In this document: positions 6,618 through 14,052 of the stretch, in pieces | How the letters are laid out: the number at the start of each line of letters is the position of its first letter | How positions within the stretch are numbered: the first letter of the stretch is position 1 | DNA from: Candidatus Aenigmatarchaeota archaeon | Lineage (GTDB): Archaea > Aenigmatarchaeota > Aenigmatarchaeia > QMZP01 > QMZT01 | Assembly: GCA_043808015.1 (NCBI GenBank) | Contig: JAZDFI010000012.1 | Coordinates: 1 to 14,052 of the forward strand | Direction: 5' to 3' | DNA: 14,052 nucleotides | Program-made: the position numbers and the translations under genes | Notes under the pieces: generated by a model | Databases searched by the model: none | Seen by the model: only the letters and a program-made list of their open reading frames with translations | What the model was told of the DNA's origin: nothing

Positions 6618-7244
6618 ATGACGGTTAAAACCACGAAAGACGATGGAGCGAATCAGCCGGGCAGCATGCTGGTCGACAGGACCGAATACCTTACTTCAGG
6701 CGTGCATATAGGCATGAAAACCTGCACGAAATATATGAAACAGTTCATCTACAAGATCCGAGAAGACGGACTCGCCGTCTTCAACATCCAGATGGTCGAC
6801 GAACGCATACGCATGGCCGCCAGGTTCCTTTCGAACTTCGACAACATCATGATTGTTTCCAGGAAGGGCAACGGTATGACGCCTGCGGATAAAATGGCAG
6901 AGATTCTCGACGGCAAGGCCATAAGCGGCCGCTTCCCGCCGGGAACGCTCACTAATCCCTCGTTCCGCAACTTCTACGAGCCCGACGTCATATTCCTTAT
7001 AGACCCGCTGATCGACAAGCAGGCCATCACTGAGGCGAAGAGGAAGCGCATTCCTGTCATCGCCTTGTGCGACACCTTCAACGAGGCGAATGACGTCGAC
7101 CTGATCATACCCGCCAACAACAACGGCAGGAAGTCGCTAGCGTTAATCTGCTGGGTCATGACGAGGGAGATACTCAAGAACAAGGGGAAAATAAAGGAGA
7201 ATTCCGAGTACGCCCACACGCTCCAGGATTTCGGCGCGGAATGA
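6618..7244 (+). CDS. rps2: 30S ribosomal protein uS2 (archaeal type)
   Basis: YLTSGVHIG, GRFPPGTLTNP, DKQAITEA, IPVIALCDT, DLIIPANNNGRKSLALI; GGTGA SD at 6607-6611. Confidence 0.97.
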   Translation: MTVKTTKDDGANQPGSMLVDRTEYLTSGVHIGMKTCTKYMKQFIYKIREDGLAVFNIQMVDERIRMAARFLSNFDNIMIVSRKGNGMTPADKMAEILDGKAISGRFPPGTLTNPSFRNFYEPDVIFLIDPLIDKQAITEAKRKRIPVIALCDTFNEANDVDLIIPANNNGRKSLALICWVMTREILKNKGKIKENSEYAHTLQDFGAE

Positions 7245-7263
7245 ATCATGCTCAAGTGGTATT

Positions 7264-7740
7264 ATGAACGTAAGCTCACAGAAAAAGCTGGCCGCGAAGG
7301 TCATGGGCATCGGGCTATCGAGAGTCAGGATTGTCGACGAGAAGAGCGTCGGCGAGGCGCTGACCAGGAACGACATACGCAGGCTCATTTCCCACGGCGC
7401 GATAACGTCAGTCGAGAAGCGCGGCACGAGCAAGAAATATTCCGCTCACAGGCAAAGCCAGAAGAAAAAGGGCAGGCGCGTAGGCAAAGGCAGCTGGAAA
7501 GGCCGCAAGTTTTCCAAGAAAACCCACAAGGAGCACTGGATGTCCACTATTCGTCCGTTACGACGCCTGCTGCGCCAGCTGAGGGATGAAGGAAAGCTCA
7601 GCGTCAATGATTACAGAAGGATATACTACATGATGAAAGGCGGTGCGTTCAGGAACAAGAACCACCTGCTTTACTACCTCAAGGGCAAGGAGCTTATAGT
7701 ATCCAAAGATAAAGTCAAGGAAAAGGGTGCCAAGAAATGA
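7264..7740 (+). CDS. rpl19e: 50S ribosomal protein eL19
   Basis: QKKLAAKVM, TRNDIRRLI, KKGRRVGKGSWKG, WMSTIRPLRRLLRQLRD, YRRIYYMMKGG. Confidence 0.96.
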   Translation: MNVSSQKKLAAKVMGIGLSRVRIVDEKSVGEALTRNDIRRLISHGAITSVEKRGTSKKYSAHRQSQKKKGRRVGKGSWKGRKFSKKTHKEHWMSTIRPLRRLLRQLRDEGKLSVNDYRRIYYMMKGGAFRNKNHLLYYLKGKELIVSKDKVKEKGAKK

Positions 7741-8525
7741 GAAAAAATCCTAATCTTATAGTCCCGCACAGAAGGCAGAGGGAAGGCAGGACGGACTATC
7801 ACCAGCGCCTCAGGCTGCTCAAGTCGAGAGAACCGAGACTCGTCGTTAGGAAGTCGCTGAACTGCTTCTACTGCCAGGTTGTCAGGTATGAAGAAAAAGG
7901 CGACAAGGTCGTCGCTTCTGCCGTTTCTAGCGAGCTGAAGGATTTCGGCTGGAAATTCCACGGAGGCAACACACCAGCGGCTTACCTTACAGGACTGCTT
8001 TGCGCGGAGCGCGCGAAGAAGCACAAGGTCTCGAAGGCGATTCTGGACATAGGCTTATACAAAATAACACCGGGCAACACGCTCTTCTCAGCCCTCAAAG
8101 GCGCGGTGGACGGCGGGCTTGACGTGCCTCACAGCGAAGAGATACTCCCGTCCGAAGACAGGATTTCAGGCAAGCACATCGCGGAATACGCGGAAGCCGT
8201 GAAGTCCGATGCCGCCAAATACAAGAAACTTTTCTCGGCTTACATCAAGGACAAAGCCGATCCGGCTGAAATGCCTGCGATTTTCGAAGCGACGAAGAAA
8301 ACGATAATGGACAGCAAGGGCGAGAGAAAGAAAGGCGCCCGCAAGGCGGAGCACAAGGAACATCACGAAAAGCCGGCTGAACACAAACACGAAGAAAAGA
8401 AGCACGAACACGCAGAAGCGCACCACGAACACAAGGCTGAACACAAACACGCGGAGCATGAGCACAAAGCCGAGCATCACAAGACAGAAGAACATAAGCA
8501 CACGGAACATCACAAGAAGGAATAA
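7737..8525 (+). CDS. rpl18: 50S ribosomal protein uL18 (archaeal L18P) with His/Glu/Lys-rich C-terminal extension
   Basis: RRQREGRTDYHQRLRLL, RLVVRKS, NTPAAYLTGLL, LKGAVDGGLDVPH, RISGKHI; ATGA overlap with eL19. Confidence 0.96.
   Translation: MRKNPNLIVPHRRQREGRTDYHQRLRLLKSREPRLVVRKSLNCFYCQVVRYEEKGDKVVASAVSSELKDFGWKFHGGNTPAAYLTGLLCAERAKKHKVSKAILDIGLYKITPGNTLFSALKGAVDGGLDVPHSEEILPSEDRISGKHIAEYAEAVKSDAAKYKKLFSAYIKDKADPAEMPAIFEATKKTIMDSKGERKKGARKAEHKEHHEKPAEHKHEEKKHEHAEAHHEHKAEHKHAEHEHKAEHHKTEEHKHTEHHKKE
8346..8522 (+). repeat. Low-complexity coding repeat (AEHK/EHH units) in the uL18 tail
   Basis: Last 59 codons encode 20 His, built from imperfect GAA/GAG-CAC-AAG units. Confidence 0.9.
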
Positions 8526-8535
8526 GTTTTTTTCT
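8526..8535 (+). terminator. Possible archaeal oligo-T terminator after rpl18
   Basis: Run of seven T just after the TAA stop. Confidence 0.35.
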
Positions 8536-8552
8536 GACGCGCGGGCAATGCT

Positions 8553-8744
8553 ATGGACAAGCAAAAAATATCCGGGTACGTGATGGTAATTGCCGGATTT
8601 GCAATGCTCGTGCTGAACGCTGTGAGCTACATATTCGGCCTGGACACGAAAAACCCGGCTTTCAGCGTATTGGGACTGATTTTTGTTTTCATGGGCCTGA
8701 AAACTTCCCGCAAAACTTCGAATAGTCCGCATGTTAAAACTTAA
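8553..8744 (+). CDS. Small two-TM membrane protein, unknown function
   Basis: 63 aa with two hydrophobic helices (YVMVIAGFAMLVLNAVSYIFGL; AFSVLGLIFVFMGL) and a basic C-terminus; fills the gap between rpl18 and mnhE on the same strand. Confidence 0.7.
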   Translation: MDKQKISGYVMVIAGFAMLVLNAVSYIFGLDTKNPAFSVLGLIFVFMGLKTSRKTSNSPHVKT

Positions 8745-8769
8745 TTAAAGCGGCGACAATATTGATTAT

Positions 8770-9231
8770 ATGAAATCCGCTTTTTTGCTGTTCGTGCTCC
8801 TCTGGTCTTTCTGGGTAGTTATCAACGGCTACGCCTTCGAGGAGATTGTCACAGGATTTATAGTCTCGCTGATATTAGCAGCCGTTTTTGCCGGGTTTTT
8901 CATACAGAAGGCCGGAAAAAGCTACGCGAAGCGCTTCGTTTACATCCTCGCCTACATTCCATATTACATGTGGCAGGAAGTCCTCTGCGTCAGCGACGTC
9001 ACGAAGCGAATAATAACCGGCAGGATTAATCCTGCGATAGTCGAGGTCGCTCATCCCCACAAGAGCGAGTGGGGCATAACCATGCTTGCCAACTCGATAA
9101 CCATGACGCCGGGGACGCTTGCCCTCGAGGCGAGACCTGGCAAAGTTTACGTCCACTGGCTCAACGCCAGTGGCGACAAGAAACAGATCGCCGGCGTATT
9201 TGACAAGCTGCTAATGAAGATATGGGATTGA
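8770..9231 (+). CDS. mnhE: Mrp/Mnh Na+/H+ antiporter subunit E (MbhA-like)
   Basis: N-terminal TM pair, INPAIV, and the LANSITMTPGTL ... VYVHW signature. Confidence 0.9.
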   Translation: MKSAFLLFVLLWSFWVVINGYAFEEIVTGFIVSLILAAVFAGFFIQKAGKSYAKRFVYILAYIPYYMWQEVLCVSDVTKRIITGRINPAIVEVAHPHKSEWGITMLANSITMTPGTLALEARPGKVYVHWLNASGDKKQIAGVFDKLLMKIWD

Positions 9232-9232
9232 T

Positions 9233-9514
9233 ATGCTCGAATATGTTTTGATATTGCTCGGACTGGCGATATTCATATGCGCAGCCAGAGTGATCAAAGG
9301 GCCGACGGCGCCTGACCGCGTGCTGGCGGCCGACACGATAAACTCGGTCATAATAGCCGTGATAGTGGTTTTTGCGGTGTATTACAACAACCAGATGTTC
9401 GCTGATGTCGCGATAGTCTACGCCATGATATCGTTCCTGTCGACGATCGCGATTTCCAAATATCTAATGGAAAAACGCGACGAAGTCGGGCAGAAACAAA
9501 CGGTGAAGAAATGA
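9233..9514 (+). CDS. mnhF: Mrp/Mnh antiporter subunit F (MbhB-like)
   Basis: RVIKGPTAPDRVLAADT and DVAIVYAMISFLSTIAISKYL signatures; three TM helices. Confidence 0.92.
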   Translation: MLEYVLILLGLAIFICAARVIKGPTAPDRVLAADTINSVIIAVIVVFAVYYNNQMFADVAIVYAMISFLSTIAISKYLMEKRDEVGQKQTVKK

Positions 9515-9819
9515 TAACAATAGGGATAGTCATAATGCTGCTGGGAGGCGTGTTTGCCATAATCGGAGCGCTCGGGCTGCTCCGCTTCCCGGACGTGTAT
9601 GCGCGCTCGCACGCACAAACCGTCGTCACCGTCGCTGGTACGTGCCTTGTTCTGATAGGCGTCATGTTAGACTACTACACCACGCCGCTGCTGGTGAAAT
9701 GCGTGTTCCTGATAATCTTCATATTCCTCACTTCGCCCGCCGGCACGCACGCGATAACCAAGGCGGCCTATTTGTCCGGCGTAAAGCCGAAAGTGAAGAA
9801 AGACGAGTGGAAAGGTTAA
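9511..9819 (+). CDS. mnhG: Mrp/Mnh antiporter subunit G (MbhC-like)
   Basis: GALGLLRFPDVYARSHA and TSPAGTHAITKAAY signatures; ATGA overlap with mnhF. Confidence 0.92.
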   Translation: MITIGIVIMLLGGVFAIIGALGLLRFPDVYARSHAQTVVTVAGTCLVLIGVMLDYYTTPLLVKCVFLIIFIFLTSPAGTHAITKAAYLSGVKPKVKKDEWKG

Positions 9820-9845
9820 AAACCAGAGATTCAAAAAGGGTTATT

Positions 9846-11081
9846 ATGTTAGGCTTTCTGAAGAAGAAGCTTTCGGAATCGGTGGAAAAGCTCAGCGACA
9901 GGATCAGGGGTAAGGATGCCCCCGAGCCGCCTGTTTTAGAGGAAAAGATAGAGAAGCCGGCTCCTGTGAACGTAGAGAAAAAACCGGAGAAACCGGCTGA
10001 AAAGCCCAAAGCTCCTGAAAGGGTTCATGAGAAGAAAGGGATAAAGAAGGAAGAAAAGAAGCCTGAATTAAAGCATGAAAAAGCGAAAGAACCGAAACCG
10101 GAGATTCCGGTTGAAAAACACGTAGAGAGGCCGGCCGAGAAAATTGTAGAGAAAGCTGTTGAGAAGCCAGCTGATAAAGTCGCTGAAAAGCCTGCTGAAA
10201 AAAAAGCCAGCTTCATGGACAGGCTTACGGGCAGGGTTCTTGAAAGGAAGATTTCTGATGATGACATCAACTCGCTTTTCGACGAAATGGAACTGGGTCT
10301 CATGGAAGCCAACATGGCCATCGAGACCATTGATTTCATCAAGGTCGAGATGAAGAAGCTGCTCGTCGGGAAGCAGCTGAAACGCGGCGAGATAGAAAAG
10401 GACATACGTTCGTCGCTGGAAAAAATCATGCTGGAAATTTTCGACCAGGGAAAAATCGATTTAGAAGGCCTGGCGAAATCCAAGAAGCCCGTGTGCATCG
10501 TGTTTCTCGGCTTCAACGGAGCCGGCAAGACTACGTCGATAGCGAAGCTTGCCCAATATCTCAAGAACAGGCATCTCGACGTCGTGCTCGCCGCGGGCGA
10601 TACGTGGCGTTCCGCCGCTATAGAGCAGCTTGAAGTCCATGGTAACCGCCTGGGTCTCAAAGTGATAAAGCACAAGTACGGTGCGGACTCCGCGGCAGTG
10701 ATTTACGACGCGGTCGAACATGCGAAAGCGAAGGGCGCGCATTTCGTGCTTGCCGATACAGCCGGACGCTCGCACGCCAACCAGAACCTTATGGACGAGC
10801 TGAAGAAAGTCGTGCGCGTCAACAAACCCGACCTTAAAATACTGGTCATGGATTCGCTCGCCGGCAACGACCTGGTCGAGCAGGCCAGAAACTTCGACGC
10901 GGCCGTCGGGGTCGACGCGATGATATTCACCAAGGTCGACGTGAACGAGAAAGGCGGCGGCATGGTTTCCGCGTGCCTCACGGTCAAGAAACCGATTCTT
11001 TACATTGGCACCGGCCAGGCATACGACGACATCGAGCTTTTCGACGCGCAGAAATTCGTAAAAGATTTGATGGAAGGCTGA
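9846..11081 (+). CDS. ftsY: Signal recognition particle receptor FtsY
   Basis: GFNGAGKTTSIAKLA, DTWRSAAIEQL, DTAGR, TKVD, PILYIGTGQ. Start set at MLGFLKKKL (ATG 9846), a typical FtsY N-terminus, just after the mnhG stop. Confidence 0.96.
   Translation: MLGFLKKKLSESVEKLSDRIRGKDAPEPPVLEEKIEKPAPVNVEKKPEKPAEKPKAPERVHEKKGIKKEEKKPELKHEKAKEPKPEIPVEKHVERPAEKIVEKAVEKPADKVAEKPAEKKASFMDRLTGRVLERKISDDDINSLFDEMELGLMEANMAIETIDFIKVEMKKLLVGKQLKRGEIEKDIRSSLEKIMLEIFDQGKIDLEGLAKSKKPVCIVFLGFNGAGKTTSIAKLAQYLKNRHLDVVLAAGDTWRSAAIEQLEVHGNRLGLKVIKHKYGADSAAVIYDAVEHAKAKGAHFVLADTAGRSHANQNLMDELKKVVRVNKPDLKILVMDSLAGNDLVEQARNFDAAVGVDAMIFTKVDVNEKGGGMVSACLTVKKPILYIGTGQAYDDIELFDAQKFVKDLMEG
10110..10205 (+). repeat. Eight imperfect 12-bp coding repeats ([AV]-[ED]-[KR]-x) in the FtsY linker
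   Basis: VEKH-VERP-AEKI-VEKA-VEKP-ADKV-AEKP-AEKK. Confidence 0.8.
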
Positions 11082-11082
11082 A

Positions 11083-13920
11083 TTACCTCTTCCAAAACTT
11101 CTTGGTTTTTGCGAACTGCTTTTCAGCCTGGAGAATCTCGTTGAGCAGCTCATTGCCTTTACGGCCTTTTCTCAGGATTCTCGCGGCTGTCTGCGCGCCT
11201 ATGCCGCGTCCCGCCAGTGCCAGCGCCGCGTCCTTCCCGTGGGCGACAATGAGCGACGCGGAGTCGTGAATCATGTTGTAATGCTTCTCTTCATCTTCCG
11301 CTAGCGAAATCCCTCTGAGCTGTTTTTTTATGATTTTCTGCCCTTCGCGGACGTATCTGTGTGGCACGTATCCGACGAGGATTGCCCCGCATTTTTTGCA
11401 GCGTATTTTTTCCGGTATGTTCTCAACGGAGGACGTGGAAACCATCTCGCCGCAGTTCACGCAGACCAGCCCGATTTTAGTGTCGAGAAGCCGCCTCTCG
11501 AAAGCTTTTAAAATCTCGCCGTCCGGCCTGTCTGGGGCGACGATTTCATAACGCTTCTCCAGGCCCGTCTGGCCAAATTCCGACAGCCCGGCCCTGAAAC
11601 TGATTTTCATCTTGCCCGACCTTATGGAGTTCAGCGCTTTTTTCGCGCCCTCGACGTCGAGCTTCTCCTGGAAAATCTCGTTCAGCGCCTCGAGATACGG
11701 CGGCTGCTTGAAATAGACGTCGATTATCTTGTGCACGTATGCTTTCCCGAAATCCGCGTTCCTGTCTATCATGCCGAAGCGCTGCGCGACCTGCACGAAT
11801 CGCCACTCGAACAGCTCGCTGCGCGGCAGCGTTATCTCAAGTATGCCGCGCATCTCATCAGGTTTCATATCCATGAAAGTATCCAGAACCTGCTGGTATT
11901 GGTGACCCGGCAGCTTGATTATGATTCTATAAGGGTCCGTCTCTAGCCCGACGGAGCCGAGCTTGTTGGTAAGCAGGACTGTGAGCACGCGTCCGAGCGT
12001 CTCGTTTATCAGCGATCCGAACGGTGCATGGAACACTACGAAATCGTCATAATACTCCACCAGCATGTTTTCGTGGTCCGGCACGAAGCCGTATTTCAGC
12101 TGCTTCTCGATTGTTTTGTGCATCTTCGAGACAACATCGCCATTTACTGGATAATCTGCGGTTATTCTGGAAATGATTTTATCTTTGCTTTCCCCCTTCG
12201 CTAACATGTCAGCTATTTTCTTCCGAAGCATGTTCACTTCCTGCGAAACATCGTAAGGCACGGGTATGAGTTCGCCCTCCCACGCAGGTATCGCGGCGGC
12301 GGCGTTCTCCTCGGGTTCAACGAGAATCGAGTTCTCGCCCACGTCTATGATTCTCCATGCCTGGCCTTTGACGACGAACGACGTGCCGTATCGTCCGTGC
12401 AGCGCGACGAACTCCTCGTCGAGCGTGCCGACCGGCTTGTTGGTGACGATGTCTATTATCCTGTATTTCTTAACGTCTGGAATAGTGGACATGTTCTGGT
12501 AGTAGTAGACCCATGCAGGCTTGCGCCGTCTCAGCGGGACGAAGTCGTCGAATTTAGAACCGACCCATATGTATCCGAGCTTCTCCATAAGCTTCGCGGT
12601 CTCGAAAAACTCCTCTTTCGTCAGGTCGCGGAATGGGTAGGCGCGTTTTATGATGGCGTAAGCCTTGTCAAACGAAATATTATATTCCTCCAGCGAAAGG
12701 CCGACTATCTGATGGCCGAGAACGTCGAGCGATTTACCATAGACGAATGTCGGCTCTATTCGCCGCTCCATGCCGAGCTTCGCTATCGCGCTCGCCTCGA
12801 AACAGTCGTCCGCGTCCGTCGATATGACAATGCCTTTCGAGATTTCCGAAACCTTATGTCCCGAGCGCCCGACGCGCTGGAGCAGCTTCGATACCTGCCT
12901 CGGCGACATGTATTGCAGGACGAGACTTATCGCGCCTATGTCAATCCCCAGTTCGAGGCTCGATGTGCAGACCAGCGACTTGAGCTTCTCCTGCTTGAAC
13001 CGCTCTTCGGCATCGATGCGCACGTCCTTCGCTAGCGACGAATGATGTGTCTCTATCGGAAGCGACGGGTTCATCATGCGCAGACGCGATGATAAAACTT
13101 CAGAGAACTCGCGCGTGTTGGTGAACGTGAGCACTGACCGGTTCTTCTCTATCAGCTCCGCTATGCGTCTCAGACGGGCACTTGTCTCCGGACCCACGAA
13201 TACCCTCTCAGATATCTCGTCATCCTTCTTCTCGTTACGGGGCGACTCGACGCGTATCTCTACGCCACGCTTTTCGGCCATGTTCACTATGACACAAGGC
13301 TTGCCGGCGGTAAGGAAAGCAGCAACGCTTTCAGGCGTGCCGATGGTAGCGGAAAGCCCGACTATCTGGAGCTTCTCTTTATCCTTGACAATCTCTTTCA
13401 GTCGTTCGAGAGCGACGGAGAGCTGCACGCCGCGCTTGTTCTCCACCAGTTCATGAATCTCGTCTATGACAATCCAGCGCACGTTTTTCATGTGTTCGCG
13501 CATGCGGCTGCCCACGAGCATCGCCTGCAGCGTCTCGGGCGTTGTGATGAACATGTCGCTCGGATTCGCCGCTTGCATGCTACGCTCGTATTGGCTCGTG
13601 TCTCCGTGGCGCACGCTGACCTCGAAATCGAGTTTTTCCGCCCACCACTCTATGCGTCGGAGCAGGTCGCGATTGAGTGACTTGAGCGGCGTGACGTAAA
13701 GTATGGAAATCGGCTTCTGCTTGCCCTTGTTCCTGACAAACTCGTCGAACACCGGCAGAAGCGCGCTTTCCGTCTTGCCCACGCCCGTCGGCGCGATGAG
13801 CAGCGTGTTTTTTCCCTTGATTATCGGCGGTATTCCCTGCGTCTGTATGGCAGTCGGCCTGTCGAAATTGCGCTCTTTTATCAGCGCCTGAAGTTTGTCC
13901 GAAAAAAGCTTCCACACCAT
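11083..13920 (-). CDS. lhr: Lhr-family SF2 (DExH) helicase with C-terminal Zn-finger-like motif
   Basis: APTGVGKT, TPLKSLNRD, RHGDT, TTPETL, DEIH, SAT, HHSSL, SLELGIDIG, QRVGRSGH, STIPD, VGTLDEEF, IPAWEGE; CVNC...CKKC near the C-terminus. Confidence 0.93.
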   Translation of the reverse strand: MVWKLFSDKLQALIKERNFDRPTAIQTQGIPPIIKGKNTLLIAPTGVGKTESALLPVFDEFVRNKGKQKPISILYVTPLKSLNRDLLRRIEWWAEKLDFEVSVRHGDTSQYERSMQAANPSDMFITTPETLQAMLVGSRMREHMKNVRWIVIDEIHELVENKRGVQLSVALERLKEIVKDKEKLQIVGLSATIGTPESVAAFLTAGKPCVIVNMAEKRGVEIRVESPRNEKKDDEISERVFVGPETSARLRRIAELIEKNRSVLTFTNTREFSEVLSSRLRMMNPSLPIETHHSSLAKDVRIDAEERFKQEKLKSLVCTSSLELGIDIGAISLVLQYMSPRQVSKLLQRVGRSGHKVSEISKGIVISTDADDCFEASAIAKLGMERRIEPTFVYGKSLDVLGHQIVGLSLEEYNISFDKAYAIIKRAYPFRDLTKEEFFETAKLMEKLGYIWVGSKFDDFVPLRRRKPAWVYYYQNMSTIPDVKKYRIIDIVTNKPVGTLDEEFVALHGRYGTSFVVKGQAWRIIDVGENSILVEPEENAAAAIPAWEGELIPVPYDVSQEVNMLRKKIADMLAKGESKDKIISRITADYPVNGDVVSKMHKTIEKQLKYGFVPDHENMLVEYYDDFVVFHAPFGSLINETLGRVLTVLLTNKLGSVGLETDPYRIIIKLPGHQYQQVLDTFMDMKPDEMRGILEITLPRSELFEWRFVQVAQRFGMIDRNADFGKAYVHKIIDVYFKQPPYLEALNEIFQEKLDVEGAKKALNSIRSGKMKISFRAGLSEFGQTGLEKRYEIVAPDRPDGEILKAFERRLLDTKIGLVCVNCGEMVSTSSVENIPEKIRCKKCGAILVGYVPHRYVREGQKIIKKQLRGISLAEDEEKHYNMIHDSASLIVAHGKDAALALAGRGIGAQTAARILRKGRKGNELLNEILQAEKQFAKTKKFWKR

Positions 13921-13945
13921 AAGACCACACGCCTCGCGAGCGAGG

Positions 13946-13970
13946 TTATAATAAGGCCGCGCTATTTAAA
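13946..13970 (-). promoter_or_regulatory. TATA-like boxes upstream of lhr
   Basis: TTATAA at 13946-13951 (about 26 nt from the ATG) and TTTAAATA at 13970-13963. Confidence 0.4.
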
Positions 13971-13974
13971 TGTT

Positions 13975-14052
13975 TCATTTCTTTTCCTTCAGTCCAAGCA
14001 TGTCCGACTTGGTTATTATGCCGCATATCTTGCCCTTGCAGGAGACGAGAAC
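13975..14052 (-). CDS. 3' end of a CBS-domain protein (partial)
   Basis: Reads ...VLVSCKGKICGIITKSDMLGLKEKK*, matching the CBS-domain C-terminal pattern V-x-x-x-G-K-x-x-G-I-I-T-x-x-D. Confidence 0.75.
   Translation of the reverse strand, partial: VLVSCKGKICGIITKSDMLGLKEKK

Noticed and set aside
8166-8732. 188-aa hydrophobic minus-strand ORF (F/V/L/M-rich)
   Set aside because: Its hydrophobicity is the expected antisense reading of the E/H/K codons in the uL18 tail; the same applies to 10025-10675 opposite ftsY.
9642-9845. 68-aa N-terminal extension of FtsY in the ORF track
   Set aside because: It overlaps mnhG in another frame; MLGFLKKKL at 9846 is the plausible start.
11083-13920. Lhr as part of a defence system or carrying an intein
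   Set aside because: Neighbours are housekeeping genes, the length and motif spacing are ordinary, and no intein-sized insertion is visible.
1805-13930. Numerous other alternative-frame and antisense ORFs (e.g. 3230-3970, 7248-7589, 10461-11153, 12397-13035)
   Set aside because: All overlap well-supported genes and show no recognisable motifs; such shadows are expected in GC3-rich coding DNA.

Overview
Archaeal genomic DNA. The markers are Rpo6/RpoK, eL19, archaeal-type uS2/uL18/FtsY, a PAC2 chaperone, GGTGA Shine-Dalgarno sites and TATA boxes. The reshuffled gene order suggests a small-genome DPANN-like lineage, but that is inference only. Positions 1-1550 are markedly AT-rich (about 30% GC in a sampled line versus 55-60% in sampled core-gene lines). 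They carry two unrecognised membrane-protein genes and abut the 3' end of a minus-strand tRNA-Glu(CTC), consistent with an integrated island. That tRNA has a ~51-nt intron in the D-loop with a relaxed bulge-helix-bulge fold. The rest is housekeeping DNA: PAC2, rpoK, enolase, [nadC and an 8-bladed PQQ-type propeller on the opposite strand], uS2, eL19, uL18 (His-rich tail), a small membrane protein, a stand-alone MnhE/F/G trio, FtsY, a convergent Lhr helicase and the 3' end of a CBS-domain gene. All calls are from motif recognition by eye; no searches were run.
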